DNA of 64,000 nucleotides, taken from NCBI GenBank assembly GCA_003971905.1, contig RSEE01000004.1, forward strand, positions 682,001 through 746,000, written 5' to 3'. Within the stretch, counting starts at the first letter, position 1. Each line of letters opens with the position of its first letter. Origin of the DNA: Moniliella sp. 'wahieum'. Lineage: Eukaryota. The notes under the pieces were generated by a model. It was not told where the DNA came from and made no database searches. It worked only from the letters and a program-made list of their open reading frames with translations. Below are positions 1 to 12,386 of this stretch, piece by piece. A program made the translations under genes and the position numbers.

Positions 1-322
1 GCCCTCTCCTACCTCCGTGCTGGCCAGACAGATAGGCAGGGACGGGTGCTCGGGAGAAGAAGCCGCGGTGGCCGCTCGGTTGCTGTGGGCCGACGCGCCG
101 ACGGCTGCTCCACGCATCGCCCAATCACCCCGCTGGCCGTCCTCCGCCCGGCGCAGGGCACGGGGGCAAGTGACCTTGGCGGCGGGCGGGCGTGCTGGCT
201 CCCACTGCTGAGCCACCCGAATCACCAATCACCAGTCACCGCCCACACCTGCCCATCCATCCTCCTGCGCTCAGGCCATCGTCCCTCCCGCCTCCATCGC
301 CCGTACGCTGTCGCCGGCCACC

Positions 323-3300
323 ATGCAGGCGCTGCGCGACCTCGTCATCTTCGTCACCGGCGGCCTCACCTCCCCATCTGCCTCGCGTCGCCTGGCTCGT
401 CCATGTCCTCCTCTCCCCTCTCCCGCCCGACCCGGCGGCCGAGTGGGCCGACGACCAAGACGCCCCGCCCGCGCCCGCCCCGCCCCTGCCCGTGCGCGAC
501 GCCCAGCCAACGCGTGACCCCGACTGGTACCTCACCGCCCGCACGTCCTTGCGGACCTGGCACAGCACCGTCCGCCTCAGCGCGGCCAGCCCCACGTCGC
601 TCGTGCGGGCTGGGTGCTGATCCGCCGCCAGTATATGGCGCCCGCCGTCAGCGAGTTGCGTCTCCAGCCCCATTCGTCTTCCCTCGCGCCTTCCCCTCCG
701 CCTACGCCTGACCCCAGTCGTGTGAGCGTAGTGGGTGCCCCCTGGCACCGCGATGCGACGCTGGCTGTGCTGCGCGGGTCGATGCTATCTGTTTGCGCCT
801 GCGCAGCAGGACGACTTGCCCGTCTCGGCGTACGTGACGCCCAAGCAAGCCCAAGCGCCGCTGGTGGACTCGCTGATACCCGTCGCCGCGTTGGACCTCC
901 GGTTTGTGCTGATCGGCTTGCACACCGTGTACGGCGAGGCGCAAGATCCCAGCGAACATATTCGGGAGGGCGTTCTGTACAAACGCAAGAATGCTGTCCA
1001 GCTGCGCACGCACACGCAGGCGTTGGGAGTGTACACGGCCCCGCGCAAAGTGTCGGGTGCGGCTGCCGGCTCCTCGGCCTACGTTTGCTTCTCTCTTGGC
1101 GTCGTCGGGCGCCTCGTTGGATGGTACGGGTGCCGCACCAGGCGCGCCGTCCAAGGCGGTCAAAGCGTTTCTGTTTTGTCCCTCGGCGCCGGCGCTGGAA
1201 GATTGGTATACGGGGATTTATCTTGCGTCGCAGTTGCCCCTAGATGCACTCAGTGGCTTGCGTCTTCCCATCTCGCCGTCGGAGCTGGATGCGCAGATGG
1301 ACGCTGAGGATCCAGCCTGCGCTGCGCTCAACGTCTTGGTCGCCCGACTGTACCGCTCCATTGCACCTACTGCCGCCGCCGAGGCAGGCTTGATCGACAA
1401 GATGATGCGCAAGATCGCCCTGGCGCGCTTGCCTGCGATGCTGACGGACGTGCAGGTGCAGTCGGTCAACTTGGGCTCCTCGCCCCCGGCTGAGCAATTT
1501 GCGCATTGTTCCGCCCGAGGAGCGCCGGGTAGCGGAAGCACCGCTGTTTAAGGGGCTCAGCGCGTCGTCCGAAGCCGAAGATGCAGATGCAGCGTGCATC
1601 GAGATGGCGTTGGTGTTTGATGGCAATGTGCACATGAGCGCGTCGGCAAAGTTGGTCCTGTCCAATGGGTTTTCGTTTAGCTCCTTTTCGCTCGGCAAAC
1701 AGAAATCCGCGACGAACGGCGCTTCGTTGAGTACCGAGGAGGAACGGAAGGCCAATGAAAAGAAGGAGCAGGCCAAGAAGGGCAAAGACAAAAAGGGAGG
1801 CTACAAAGTCAACCTGATGATGGACATTGAGTTTACCCGGATTGCAGGGACGATGCGGTTGCTGGTCAAGCCGCCTCCGTCGGACCGGGTGTGTTTGCGT
1901 TGTCGAGCCGCCCGAATTGGGACTCAAAGTCACGCCGATTGTCAGCTCGCGCAGGTCGGGTGGCAGCCAGCGCTGGACCTCATCGACTCGAAAATCCGTG
2001 AGCCGCCGTACGTTGTCCCCCCCCCCCTCTGCCTTGTTGTTGTGTTTGCGCTACGATGACTGACTGACCTTACTTGCTGGCTCCTCGTGCGGACTCACTC
2101 GGACAGTTTGTCGATTCCATCGTCCTGCCCCAAATGTCGGACATTGCGTTTGCCAACACCCAGGGGCTGCTGCAGCGCGGCGGCTTGTTTGCCGATGCGG
2201 CGCGACCGGGCGCAGCCAATCTGGATGTGGTCCGCAAGATGGCCAAGACGGCTGCTGCGCATGCGGCGCTTCGGTCGGGCGCGGACCAGCACCATCAACA
2301 AAGCATGGTTGGCGCGAAACCGCTTTTCTTCTTCATCGGGGGGTACCGACGATGCCAAGACACCCGAAGGCAGTGTCCTGCCTCCATCGCTTCTTCGACC
2401 GAGACAGGTTCAGCCTCTACCTCGGTCACCGCGCGTGGAATTGGAGACGCAGTGCAGGAGGTTCGGTCGCGGCGCAAGACCAAGTTGGCCCAGGCCAAAC
2501 AGGCGTGGACCGATGCAGCCAAAAACCACCCTTTCTCACGCCGTACGCCCAAGCCTGCCGCCAAGACCAACATGACGGCCGCTGTCGCGGCTGCCTCTGC
2601 GGCGGGCGTGTTGGCAGGCGCGGGGGACTGGGTCGAGCATCAGAAGCGAGTGAGTCGGCACAGGTGCCAGCCAGGACCGATGGGGACACCAAGGTGGCCA
2701 GTGCGCCTCAGGTTGCGACCAAGGATGAATCGTCTGCCCCTCGCCTCGGGTGGGCAAGGGAAGGAGGAAGTGGAGGAGGAAGAAGGGTGGGACGACGTGG
2801 AGCATGACATCCCCGTTCGCGGAGCCGAATCGTCGTCAACTCACTTCGGTAGCCGGCCTAGTTCGGACGATTTAGATGCGGCTCTGGGCTCTGCCTCACG
2901 GGCGTCGACCCACTCGGATGCTCGTCCTAGCGTCGAGAGCACCGAGGCGGCATCGCTGCCTGTGCGCTCGAGCATTCCCGAAAGCGCCAGCGGGAGTGGG
3001 TTCGATGTGCCTTCTACTCCTGCTGCCTCTGCCAGCGAAGACACGCCCCCCGCGGAGGCAGCTCCCACGTTTAAAGAACGGTGGGAACGGGCCAAGGTGG
3101 CCGCCGCCACCGATCGGCGCCACGCCGAGGTGGCCGCCTCCCATGCTCGCAACGCGGTCAAACAGCGCTGGTCGCGTTTCCAGGAAAAGCGTGCCCAGCA
3201 AAGGCGGAGCAGCAGTGGGAGCAGCAGCTCCTCGCCCAGGCCGAAGAAGAACGCTTGGCGCGCTTCCTCAATGCGGGCCAGGACGCTACCCTCGCGCCCA

Positions 3301-4394
3301 CGATGCGCCTCCGTCGCTTCCGACTCGGCCTCGACTGCCTCCACCGCCGCTGCCTCCGCTTCCGCGCCGCCGCCGCTTCTTCGCGCAGTGCGCCTTCGGG
3401 GCCCGTCGAGCACGCTCTGCCGCCGCCACCCCTTCCCTCTCGTCCTGCTCCGCCGCCCTTGCCAAGCCGGGGCGAAAACCAGCTGGCCCCTCCACCTCCC
3501 GTACCAGCTCGGCCGCACCCGGTAGAGAGCACAGGCACCGAGGCATCGCCTACGGCGGAAGAGGGGGAGAAGACGAGGTGCCCCTGGGGGCTCACCCCTC
3601 CCTCCACCCCAACCTTCCCCTCGCCCTCGCCCTCGCCCTCGTCTCCCCTTTCCCGCCGGCTCCCGCCTTCCATGCCCCGCCGCATCGCCAACCCCCTCTC
3701 CCTCGGCACCTACACCTCCCGCCCGCCCAGACCTGGCTCCAGCGACTGCCGAGCTGGCTTCACCCCCTTTGTTGGGGAACCCAGTGCACCCTCTGCCCCC
3801 GCTGTGGCCGCCGAGGCAGTGACCGCACCCGCGGTTGCCCCGAAGCCCATTGCTACTCCCGAGCTCATTGCTGCTCCCGAGCCATTGCTGCTCCCGAGCC
3901 CGTTCCTGCTCCCGAGCCCGTTCCAGCTCCCGAGCCCATTGGCTCCTGAGCCCATTGCTGCTCCTGAGCCCATTGTTGCTCCTGAGCCCATTGCTGCTCC
4001 CGAACCCATTGCGGGCCCATGCCCACCGCAGCTTCTAGGGTCAGTGCAGTATCGGAGCATGTGCCAGGGCTGGCGTCAATCGCTGCAGCCCAGCCAGGCC
4101 CCAGTCCCGAACTGTGGCGACCAACCCGCACACTGTCCTCTGCCCCGGCCCCGGTTGAGGCCCCCGAACTGGCGGCAGGGCCGGACCTAGGAGCGACCCA
4201 ACACGTCACCAAGCCTATTGAGATTGATGCCAAGTCACCCGAGAATGACGCCAAGCCCCTTGAGAGTGATGCCTTTGGAGCCACGAAAGCTTCCGATTGT
4301 CGCATGACCGACGCGGTTTTGGAAGCATTCATCACCAAACTCAAGAGGAATGCCTCAATGCTTCACAAACATCTACCTTACCTGGTGATATATG
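323..4394 (+). CDS. NVJ2: ER contact-site lipid transfer protein, NVJ2/TEX2-like (N-terminal TM, PH-like, SMP domain, long low-complexity tail); frameshifted, end approximate
   Basis: Hydrophobic N-terminus MQALRDLVIFVTGGL; PH-like segment (YLFAPAQQ..EGVLYKRKNAVQL..FLFCPSAPALEDWY); SMP hallmarks ALNVLVARLY, KMMRKIALARLP..VQSVNLGSSPP, IAGTMRLLVKPPPSDRV, FVDSIVLPQMSDI; probable intron ~2008-2107 (GTACGT..CAG). Confidence 0.8.
3838..4011 (+). repeat. 18-bp coding minisatellite (~9 imperfect copies of CCCGAGCCCATTGCTGCT) encoding APEP(I/V)(A/P)
   Basis: Tandem units visible in the sequence; translation APEPIAAPEPIVAPEPIAAPEPIA. Confidence 0.9.
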
Positions 4395-4554
4395 ATATCC
4401 CTACTGCCTCAAGTTATGTTAGTCCCCCCCCCCGCCCCTGCACCACCGACCCGAGGGCGGGCAGAGCGTTTGGTTCGTACTGTGAGCTAGCTGTTACCAG
4501 AATGAGGATACTCAGCTTGTTCATACGTGGTAGTCACATAGAGCAAGGCACGAC

Positions 4555-5695
4555 TTATGCCTCGGCCTGAGCATGGGCCGCCTGCCCAGAGCCCTGCAGC
4601 GATTTCCTTTTTGATCGCTTCCGTCGCCTGCTGCTGAGCTTCCTTTTCGGCCTGGACAGCCGCCCTGTACTCCTCTACTTGACGAGCGCGCGCGGCTGGG
4701 TCAAAGCTGCCAGGAATGTCCAGCTGGAAGCCCGGGCACCAGCGAAAGTAAGTGTGACGTTCTTGAACTTGTCAGCAAACTTGCGCAGCGCCGTAGCGCG
4801 CATGGCAGGGTTGTTATCAAACGCCGTCCCAACGCCTGGCCATTGACCACGGTGGTCCGATTTTCGAAGCGCCCACCTGCTGCTCGATGGCGAGGAGAAC
4901 GGCCAAAATGTTGGTCCGCATCTCGTCAAACGTGTAGTGAAGCCGGCCCGGGTGACCGGCACATTGCCCACTCGGTCCGTGCGCCAGTCCATCGCGCCCT
5001 GGGCCGCCTCGATGGCCGGTTTGAGCTGCTCCGGGTCTTCGAGCGCGGCCACGACGCAAGTTGGGCATGAGACCCTTGGGACCGAGGAAGCGAGCGAGCT
5101 GCTTGTTGATGGCAGGCAAGGCGTGCGTGTCGGACAACACTTTGGTGTAGCCCGACACTTCGCCCGACAGCACCCGACGGAACAGGTCGGGGGTGACAAT
5201 CGTGATGAGCCCCGGGGCATGGAATCGCGCAGCTTGATCGCCTCCTTTCCGACGGGGAAATCGGTGTGCAAGAATCAGGAACTTCTCCGTGGTCTGGCGT
5301 GGGTCCTTGGGTAAGGTCATCTGGCCACGCAGCACGTTGAGCTCGTGCGGGGAAGAAGACTTGGTACCGACATCCAACTTGTACGACAGGTATGGCGACG
5401 ACACGCCATACGCCCACAACGCACGCCACGCCACCTCCAGCGGCACACGGTTGTCCGCCTTGGGCATGCTGGGCGTGCCCTGCTTGGCGAGCTTGCGCTG
5501 CTTGCGACTGATCCGGCTCTGGCCCGCGATTTGGCCACCACGGCCGACGTGCTCAGCGCACGGACGGCGAGTGCGCCGGCAAGCGCAGGCATTGGACGGA
5601 CAGCGGCAGCTACAGGTACGGGGACAGCGACGCGCATCGCCACACGTGGGCACGACGAGCGGGCCATGCTGGCCAGCGAGGGGAGCGCCGGCATG
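4555..5695 (-). CDS. MRPL1: Mitochondrial ribosomal protein uL1m (L1); frameshifted, ends approximate
   Basis: Arg/Ala-rich presequence (..VRALSTSAVVAK), LRGQMTLPKDPR and the L1 signature LARFLGPKGLMPNLRRG. Confidence 0.85.
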
Positions 5696-6268
5696 GTCAG
5701 CGGGGATGGGCCGGGCGACAGGGACAGGTGTGGCAGCCAACGGCGGGGCGCCGTCGAGCGCATGCGAAGAAATGGGCACGGCGCTCACGTAAGCGAAGCT
5801 CTCCGGCGGCGCGCTGCTCACGCGTCCCCCACGCACGATGCGTGACGCCGGAAGGACGCTGGATGTGCAATGTTCAAACGCAAACACCACGGGGGGACAT
5901 TTCAAAAGTGCGAGCCTTGCTGTGCGCCTCGGAACGCATGCCTTAGGATCCACAGGAGGGAGGGAGGTTAAGGTTCCCTGGAGTGTACTGTAGCCATCCC
6001 GCTTGAATATTACGATTGCACTCTTCACTCCCAAAGGAATCCTTATCCTGCCCCCCGATCGGCGGGGACTGCCACCCACTGTGCTGTTGTTCTTATAACG
6101 AAGGGGGAAAATTGAGGGGTCAATTCCTGGCATGTTTTCAGGAAGAGGGGTTTGGAAAGGATGATGCGATCCGAGAAACATTCATATACTGGCATCTGAG
6201 ATCCGAGCAAGCAGGGGAGATACACTGAAGTTACACAGTGTCAAAGATGATGGGAGGGCAAGAACTGC

Positions 6269-9200
6269 CTAGGTGTAAATCTTAAAAGTGAGCTTGTTGA
6301 CCTCGGGACCCTCGGTCTCCTGGAACAAGTCCAGCTTCTCGAGGAAGTGGGTGGGGAAGCTGATGAGCGAGCCGCGGATACCGGACAAGCGCTGCTTGAT
6401 GTAGCTAGACGGCATTGTCGCATCCGCCACATGGCCCCGCTTCTGCGGCGGCTGGGGATAGAAGGTGTAGTACTAGTAGTAGAAACGCACAGGAAATTAA
6501 AGAGAAGAAAAAAAGTTAGCACGTATATGGGCACAAAAAGACAGATTCCTAACTCACATCCTTCCAATCCAGCACCGAATCGTCCGGAACGGGGTGGAAA
6601 AGCTCGGCGTATATGGCGGTATTTTCCTGCACCTGGGCATTCCAAGTGGCGAACAAGTCGTCCGATAGCGGATCGGCCACCCGTCGCTCCCATTCGTCCT
6701 CTTGTTCGTTCCCCGTCTCACGCGAGGGGTCGGGGTTGGGGTGCGGAGCGGGACCATGGCATCCGTCGGATAGCTGGCGGCAGTATCGGCATTGCATTCT
6801 TGCGGAGCAATCCAGCCGAGGTGCTGACGCCAGAGGAAGCGACGGAACGAGGCGGCAAACTTGGATGCCTCGTACGGCTCCCCATCCATCGTCGACGCAA
6901 ACATGTCCGAATCCTCAATCACCACCGCCACTTCCGAATCCCGATCGCCGCACATAGACCGGTCGTTGATGTTTGCGGAACCGATAATGACCCGACGGTC
7001 GTCAACGATCATCAGCTTGGAGTGGATGTAGGTTTCTCGGTGACGTAGTTGTCCTTCTCGTCTTCCTCCCCGGCCCAGTACTCGTCGACGGTGCTGGGCT
7101 GGCCTTCGAGAATGTTGCTGGCGATCGAAGCGCGCTGTTTCGTCAGGAACGAGTGCGCTGAACTGGGACAGGACGCGGTCTGCGTCCGCAGCCGTGGGAG
7201 GGAGTGGGATCGGCTTGAGCTCCGGCGGCTTGTCTTCCTCATGGCTCTTTGCTTCGGCCTTGGCAGCAATGGCGCCCAACAACGACCGCGGTTCTTCCGA
7301 TCCCTCTTCGCGGTGCGCTCCTCGGGCTGCTGTGGGGACTGGTGTTCATCCTCTAGACTCTTCTCGTGGGCCTTGGCAGCAATGGCTGCCAAGATCGACC
7401 GACGCTCTTCTGAACGTTTCGCCTTGATCCTCGCCGCCCCATCGGACAGCAGCTTGAACTTTCCAACAAGGACGATTCGGGTGCAATGCGCTGCCCACGA
7501 CGGCCGTTCATCTCATCCACCTCCTGCACTGAACGGATGGTGACCTCAGGATGGTCCTTGTACCACGACGCCGAGTCTTGCGGTAAATCGCCCAGACACT
7601 GTTTCTCATACGATGCCTCCATTCCCACGTACGACACGCCACTTTCCTGCTCGGCACGTGCAATGCTGGGGCCATCGTAGAGAATTCGGTCCATAGCACG
7701 CAGGTTGTAGAAGGAGATATAGTCATCGGGGTTGACACCGGCCTGCTGCAGCAGCCCAAAGATGGACGTCGGGCCACGGCAGATGCTACGGTACTGGTAC
7801 GCCATGATCGCCAGCAGTCCGTCCGCCTTGTCCAAGTCGCCGGCGAAGCAAGGAATGCAAGGAATGCAGATCATCACACGGACTTGGTTCCCTCCCTGGC
7901 AGCACGGAGGATGCGGTGAACCAATGCTTGGCCCAGCTGGTTTTCAATTTCTTTATCCTCGGGCGAGGTGGCAGTGATAAAGAATTGGTTTTCAATGTAA
8001 ATGCAATGCTCGGCTTCCTCGATCAATTTGCAGTAGGCCGTCTGGATCGAGCATTCCTTTAGAATCCCGAGCTCCAATCCGCCGACGAACGCACCATTTG
8101 GATCTTGCACGTTCCATTCGAAGGCCAAGGCGCATGGGGCGTCTGATACGGCACCCGGCTCGGCGAAAAGGGGTGCAAAAACTTTTCGCCCACCTGCTCC
8201 CACTGGGTAGTGAGTGGATGGGCTCGCACCTCGGGGTACGCCGCTCTACATCCTCCACCCGCAACGCGCCGTGGGGCAAGGCGAGCTGGGTATACTTGCT
8301 GTCGTCCTTGTACTCCGGGGTGGTGGTGAGGACAAAGTTCCACCGCTCCACCACGTGCCGCGCCATATCCAGCGCGACGGGGCCAACGATGGTGACGTGC
8401 ACATCGTGCCACGGCATGCGCGGCACGGTCAAGCGGCTCTGGTTGTTGCTCAAATAGTCGGTCACGTTTTGGAAATCCTCAATGCGCGAATTGTTGTAGT
8501 CTTGGCCGGGGAAGAGCGTGCGTTGCATGTCGGACGGATGCACGTCGGCCAACGGGTGCGAGTGCGTGTCCCACCGTCCAAAACACAGATCCAACCCGCC
8601 CACACAGACCGCATGGTTGTCCACCAACACTACTTTCTGTCACGATACGCACAGCATGATGGAAATGGTAAGTCTCATCCGTCGCACACCACTTTCTCCT
8701 CTCCTCTTCAACCTCTTCTTTTCTCCTTTCTCCTTTTCCCACAGCAGCCACGGAAGCCAAGGTACATACCTCGTGGTGCGACCAAAAGAGCGTAGTGGAA
8801 GCAATGTGGTCCGGGTGGCGCAGGGCCTGCATGTTGGGGTGGAGGCTGTTGATAGTCGACAGTGTGGCGGGAACTGTTGGAGGCCGTCTGGGTAACTTCC
8901 TCGTAGACAATGATGCGGATCTTGACGCCGGCCTCGGCCTTGCGCTGCAAAAGCCGGTCCAGACGGTACTCGGATAGAGTGCCGGCGGGCGGCGCAGATA
9001 TACTACCAAAGAAATAAGGAGAAAAGGGTCAGTTGCGTTCCATATCCTCCGCAAAAGAAAAGGCGCATTAGGGAGAGAGAGAGATAACGAGATGAACGAA
9101 AACGGCGTACGCTCGGGGGAAAGCCACCAGTCAAAGATGACAATCACGTCCTGGGCATTCTCTAGGATTTCGACACGGCCCAAAAGTAGTCGTGGCCGTC

Positions 9201-9423
9201 GGAGTACCATTTGGCCTGGTTGTGGTGGCGCTCGGGCGCAAAGGACTGGAAGCGATGGGAGTTTGATGGCCTGGAGGCGTGCGTCGGCAGCCTGCTCCTT
9301 GCTGCTGTCGTGGCGGCTGTCGGGATTGAGCAGTGCGGTCGCTCCGCTGGTCAGACGCTCGACGTTGGCGGCGATGGTGCTGGGGTCGAGCTGGTGGGCG
9401 ATGGTGTTGAACAGCTGGGACAT
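6269..9423 (-). CDS. Phospholipase D, fungal type lacking PX/PH domains; several introns and frameshifts
   Basis: Two HKD motifs: WSHHE|KVVLVD (split by an intron ~8638-8762) and YIHSKLMIVDDRRVIIGSANINDRS; also DWWLSPE, GGLDLCFGRWDT, RMPWHDVH, IYIENQFFI; C-terminus NKLTFKIYT*. Confidence 0.93.
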
Positions 9424-10781
9424 GGTGGCGGAGGGGGAGGAGTAGGGTGGTGGTAGAGAGGGGGGGAGGCAGAGAAGGTGTGGGGCACAGCGCAAAGGGG
9501 GGTTATGAGCAGGCGAGGCGGAGGATGGCGTGCGCTTTCCAGGGGCTCTGTGTGCGAGTACACTTTGGGGCTGTATATAGTGGTCGTATGCGGCGGCTGC
9601 TTCCCTGGCCTGTGCCGGCGAGGCGCTGCAGGGTGCACCGTGCATGTCGCCTGCAAGGGCGCGGCCGCGTGGGCAGAGACACACTGGCGTGCTGCCTCCG
9701 CAGGCGGCGCTGGCCGCCTGCTGCCCCGGCACTGCGCCCCTCTTGGCTGGTCGGCTGCTCCACCGGAGCGAAAGCTACTGAGGGAGTGGGCTGTATATAT
9801 ACGCGACAGGGCTACACGCGGCTGCAGGGGAAGCCCCCTTGGTGGCCAGCCTGTCCCGCTCGTCTGTCCCTCTGGTTACTTCCCCTTGGTCTGTGCACTG
9901 CCCCTTGTTTTGAGCCTCAGGCCTCAGGAGAGCTTCATCTCACCCCCCATGGCGTCTGTCCATGTTCCCCGCGCCCTGCTGGTGGATCCGATCATTCTTA
10001 ATTGCCAAACGTGTCCAATAACGAACAGTGGGCATCTCCGTACTCCGCATACAGCCGACGTGCTCTTGCCGCCAAAAACCCAAAGATCGACGCTTGCCAT
10101 GCGTTCCTTAGGTCGAGATACACTGGTGAAACCAATATATCCGAGGGTCCCCAGTAACTCTGGCGCAAACGCAAAACAAATGAATTGGTCCATAAGACCG
10201 AAGGGGTTTTCGATTTGGCATACCTTTCAATGGACTTTATTGAGTACGTGTTTTTGTTTTGACGTAGTGGTGTGGCTGTGGGATTACGACGAGGAGAGGG
10301 GACGATGGCCCCTGTCGTAGTACATTTTGCGCCACTGTGATTCAAAAGTTGAAGCAACAGAAGGCCGATGATCACCTTTTCTCCTATGTCGGCCGTGTCA
10401 TTCCGTCATATTAGCTAGTAGCTCACGATGAGTTCGGCCCATTCAATACCTGTACTAGCAGTGGGCGTCCCTTGTCCTATCCTCGTGCCTGTGCGTTCCC
10501 GGTGACCGGTGAGGCGGTGAGGTCACGTGTAGTTCAGGGTGCGCGTGTGGATGAGGATTGAAATGAAATGACGCCCGGGCAGAACCCTAGCGTTGCGCTC
10601 CAATTGTCACATGTGGGATGGGGGGGCGCCCCCAACTGACGCCGTGCGGGCGCTGCGCCCATTAATAATGGAGCCGCGCAGGGTAGGATGGCCCAGGCCG
10701 CCCACCACGCTACGCTGCCACCTGCCCTCTCCCTCTGCCGGCCGCTCCGCTTCTGCCACCACCGCATCTGCCGCTTGGGCC

Positions 10782-11797
10782 ATGGTCTTGCGCTTGTCCC
10801 TTCTGTTGCCCTCCGGCACGGCGCGCTCCGCCCAGCCGTGTTGCTTCCGCGCATGGCCTACGCCCCGGCGCGTCTCCCGCTTCCTTGGCCTCCCTCCACA
10901 CCTCCTCCACCACTCCCGCCCAGGTGCACGAGCCGCCAGCGACCGAGGGCGCGACATCCACGACAACCACGTATGGGACGCGATCCAGCGGCAGGAAGCC
11001 GAGAACCCGCATGATCCAGCCGACAACCCGATTTGGAAGCAGGACAAGGAACTCGTAGATGCGACGGTGGTGCTGCAAGAGAGTGGGACGACGCATGTGA
11101 CCAGTGTTCACCGCCAAACTCGTTTCTTTGCCGGCGAGGATCTTAGCGGCCAACCCAAAGCTGTCCGTGGGGGCATCCCAGGCTTTGTCTACCCTTCGCA
11201 AGACCCGGAGAACCCCGAGCCGCTCTGGCCCGACTGGGCCAACAAGCCCTCGATGTCAGAGCGCTGTTTAAGCATGCGTTCCTCACGGAAATTGCGCGGG
11301 GTATGCTGGTTGTCTTGGCCAACTTTTTCCGTCCGCCGTACACCATCATGTACCCGTACGAAAAGGGTCCGTTGAGCCCTCGCTTCCGTGGTGAACACGC
11401 CCTGCGGCGCTACCCTACCGGCGAAGAGCGATGCATTGCCTGCAAGCTCTGCGAGGCCATCTGCCCAGCCCAGGCCATTACCATTGAATCGGAGGCGCGT
11501 GCCGATGGGGCAAGGCGTACTACCAAGTACGACATTGACATGACCAAGTGCATCTACTGTGGCTTTTGCCAGGAGGCGTGCCCGGTGGACGCGATTGTCG
11601 AGACGCAAAACGCCGAGTTCTCGACCGAAACGCGCGAGGAGCTCATGTACAACAAGGAGAAACTCTTGGCTAATGGCGACCGCTGGGAGTCCGAATATGC
11701 TACCAACCTCAAGCAGGTACGCCCTTCCCTCACATGCGGATTGCGACTGGAACTAATCACTTCTCTACTGCTCTTACAGGACCACCTGTATCGTTGA
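10782..11797 (+). CDS. NDUFS8: NADH:ubiquinone oxidoreductase TYKY/23 kDa Fe-S subunit
   Basis: [39 protein letters not shown] and [12 protein letters not shown] (2x 4Fe-4S); intron ~11717-11779 before DHLYR*. Confidence 0.97.
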
Positions 11798-12386
11798 TAG
11801 GCATCGCTTCCTTTGTTGCAATGATTACATTCTGCTCTCTCCGGCTACTGGCGTTGATATATGGCAGGATGGGGCATAACATGTTCCGGCACTTGGGGGG
11901 CAGCCGGCGCAGGAGAGAGGAGCGAGCTTGAGAAAAATGAAGGGTGGAGACCTTGACGGGCGAATGAGGTTGAAGGTTGAATGGACGTGGAGTGGTGGCG
12001 ATGGTGCTTGGGACCATACCCCCCGAGCTTCGTCTGCTTTACCCATCGTCACTGGCGCTATCGTCAACGCCGCATACGCGTGATCATTGATGCGTGTGTA
12101 CAAAGTGGCTAGCGGCCAAGTTGCCTTCACGCTTCACGCGTCACGCTTCAAACTTGGAGCTTCCAGTTTCAAGTTGAAGTTTGGCTGTTAAATGATAGCT
12201 AGGGTTACGAAGATACTGCCCTCGTGCTGGATGGGGTTCATCCATTTCAAAAATCAGGGTTGCGCATCTACCTTCTGCGCGCGCCCAAACAGTTCCTGCC
12301 GAACAACCACAACGGGAAACCACAACACGGCCACAGCCACAGCCACACCACCATCTCCTCCGTGTTCGTCTTCGTCTCTGGCGGCC

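Noticed and set aside
3838..4011. CRISPR-like array
   Set aside because: Contiguous coding tandem repeats without spacers; eukaryotic context
4371..4386. U1-like CTTACCTGG
   Set aside because: No U1 loop I/II or Sm site follows, and it lies in a probable CDS tail
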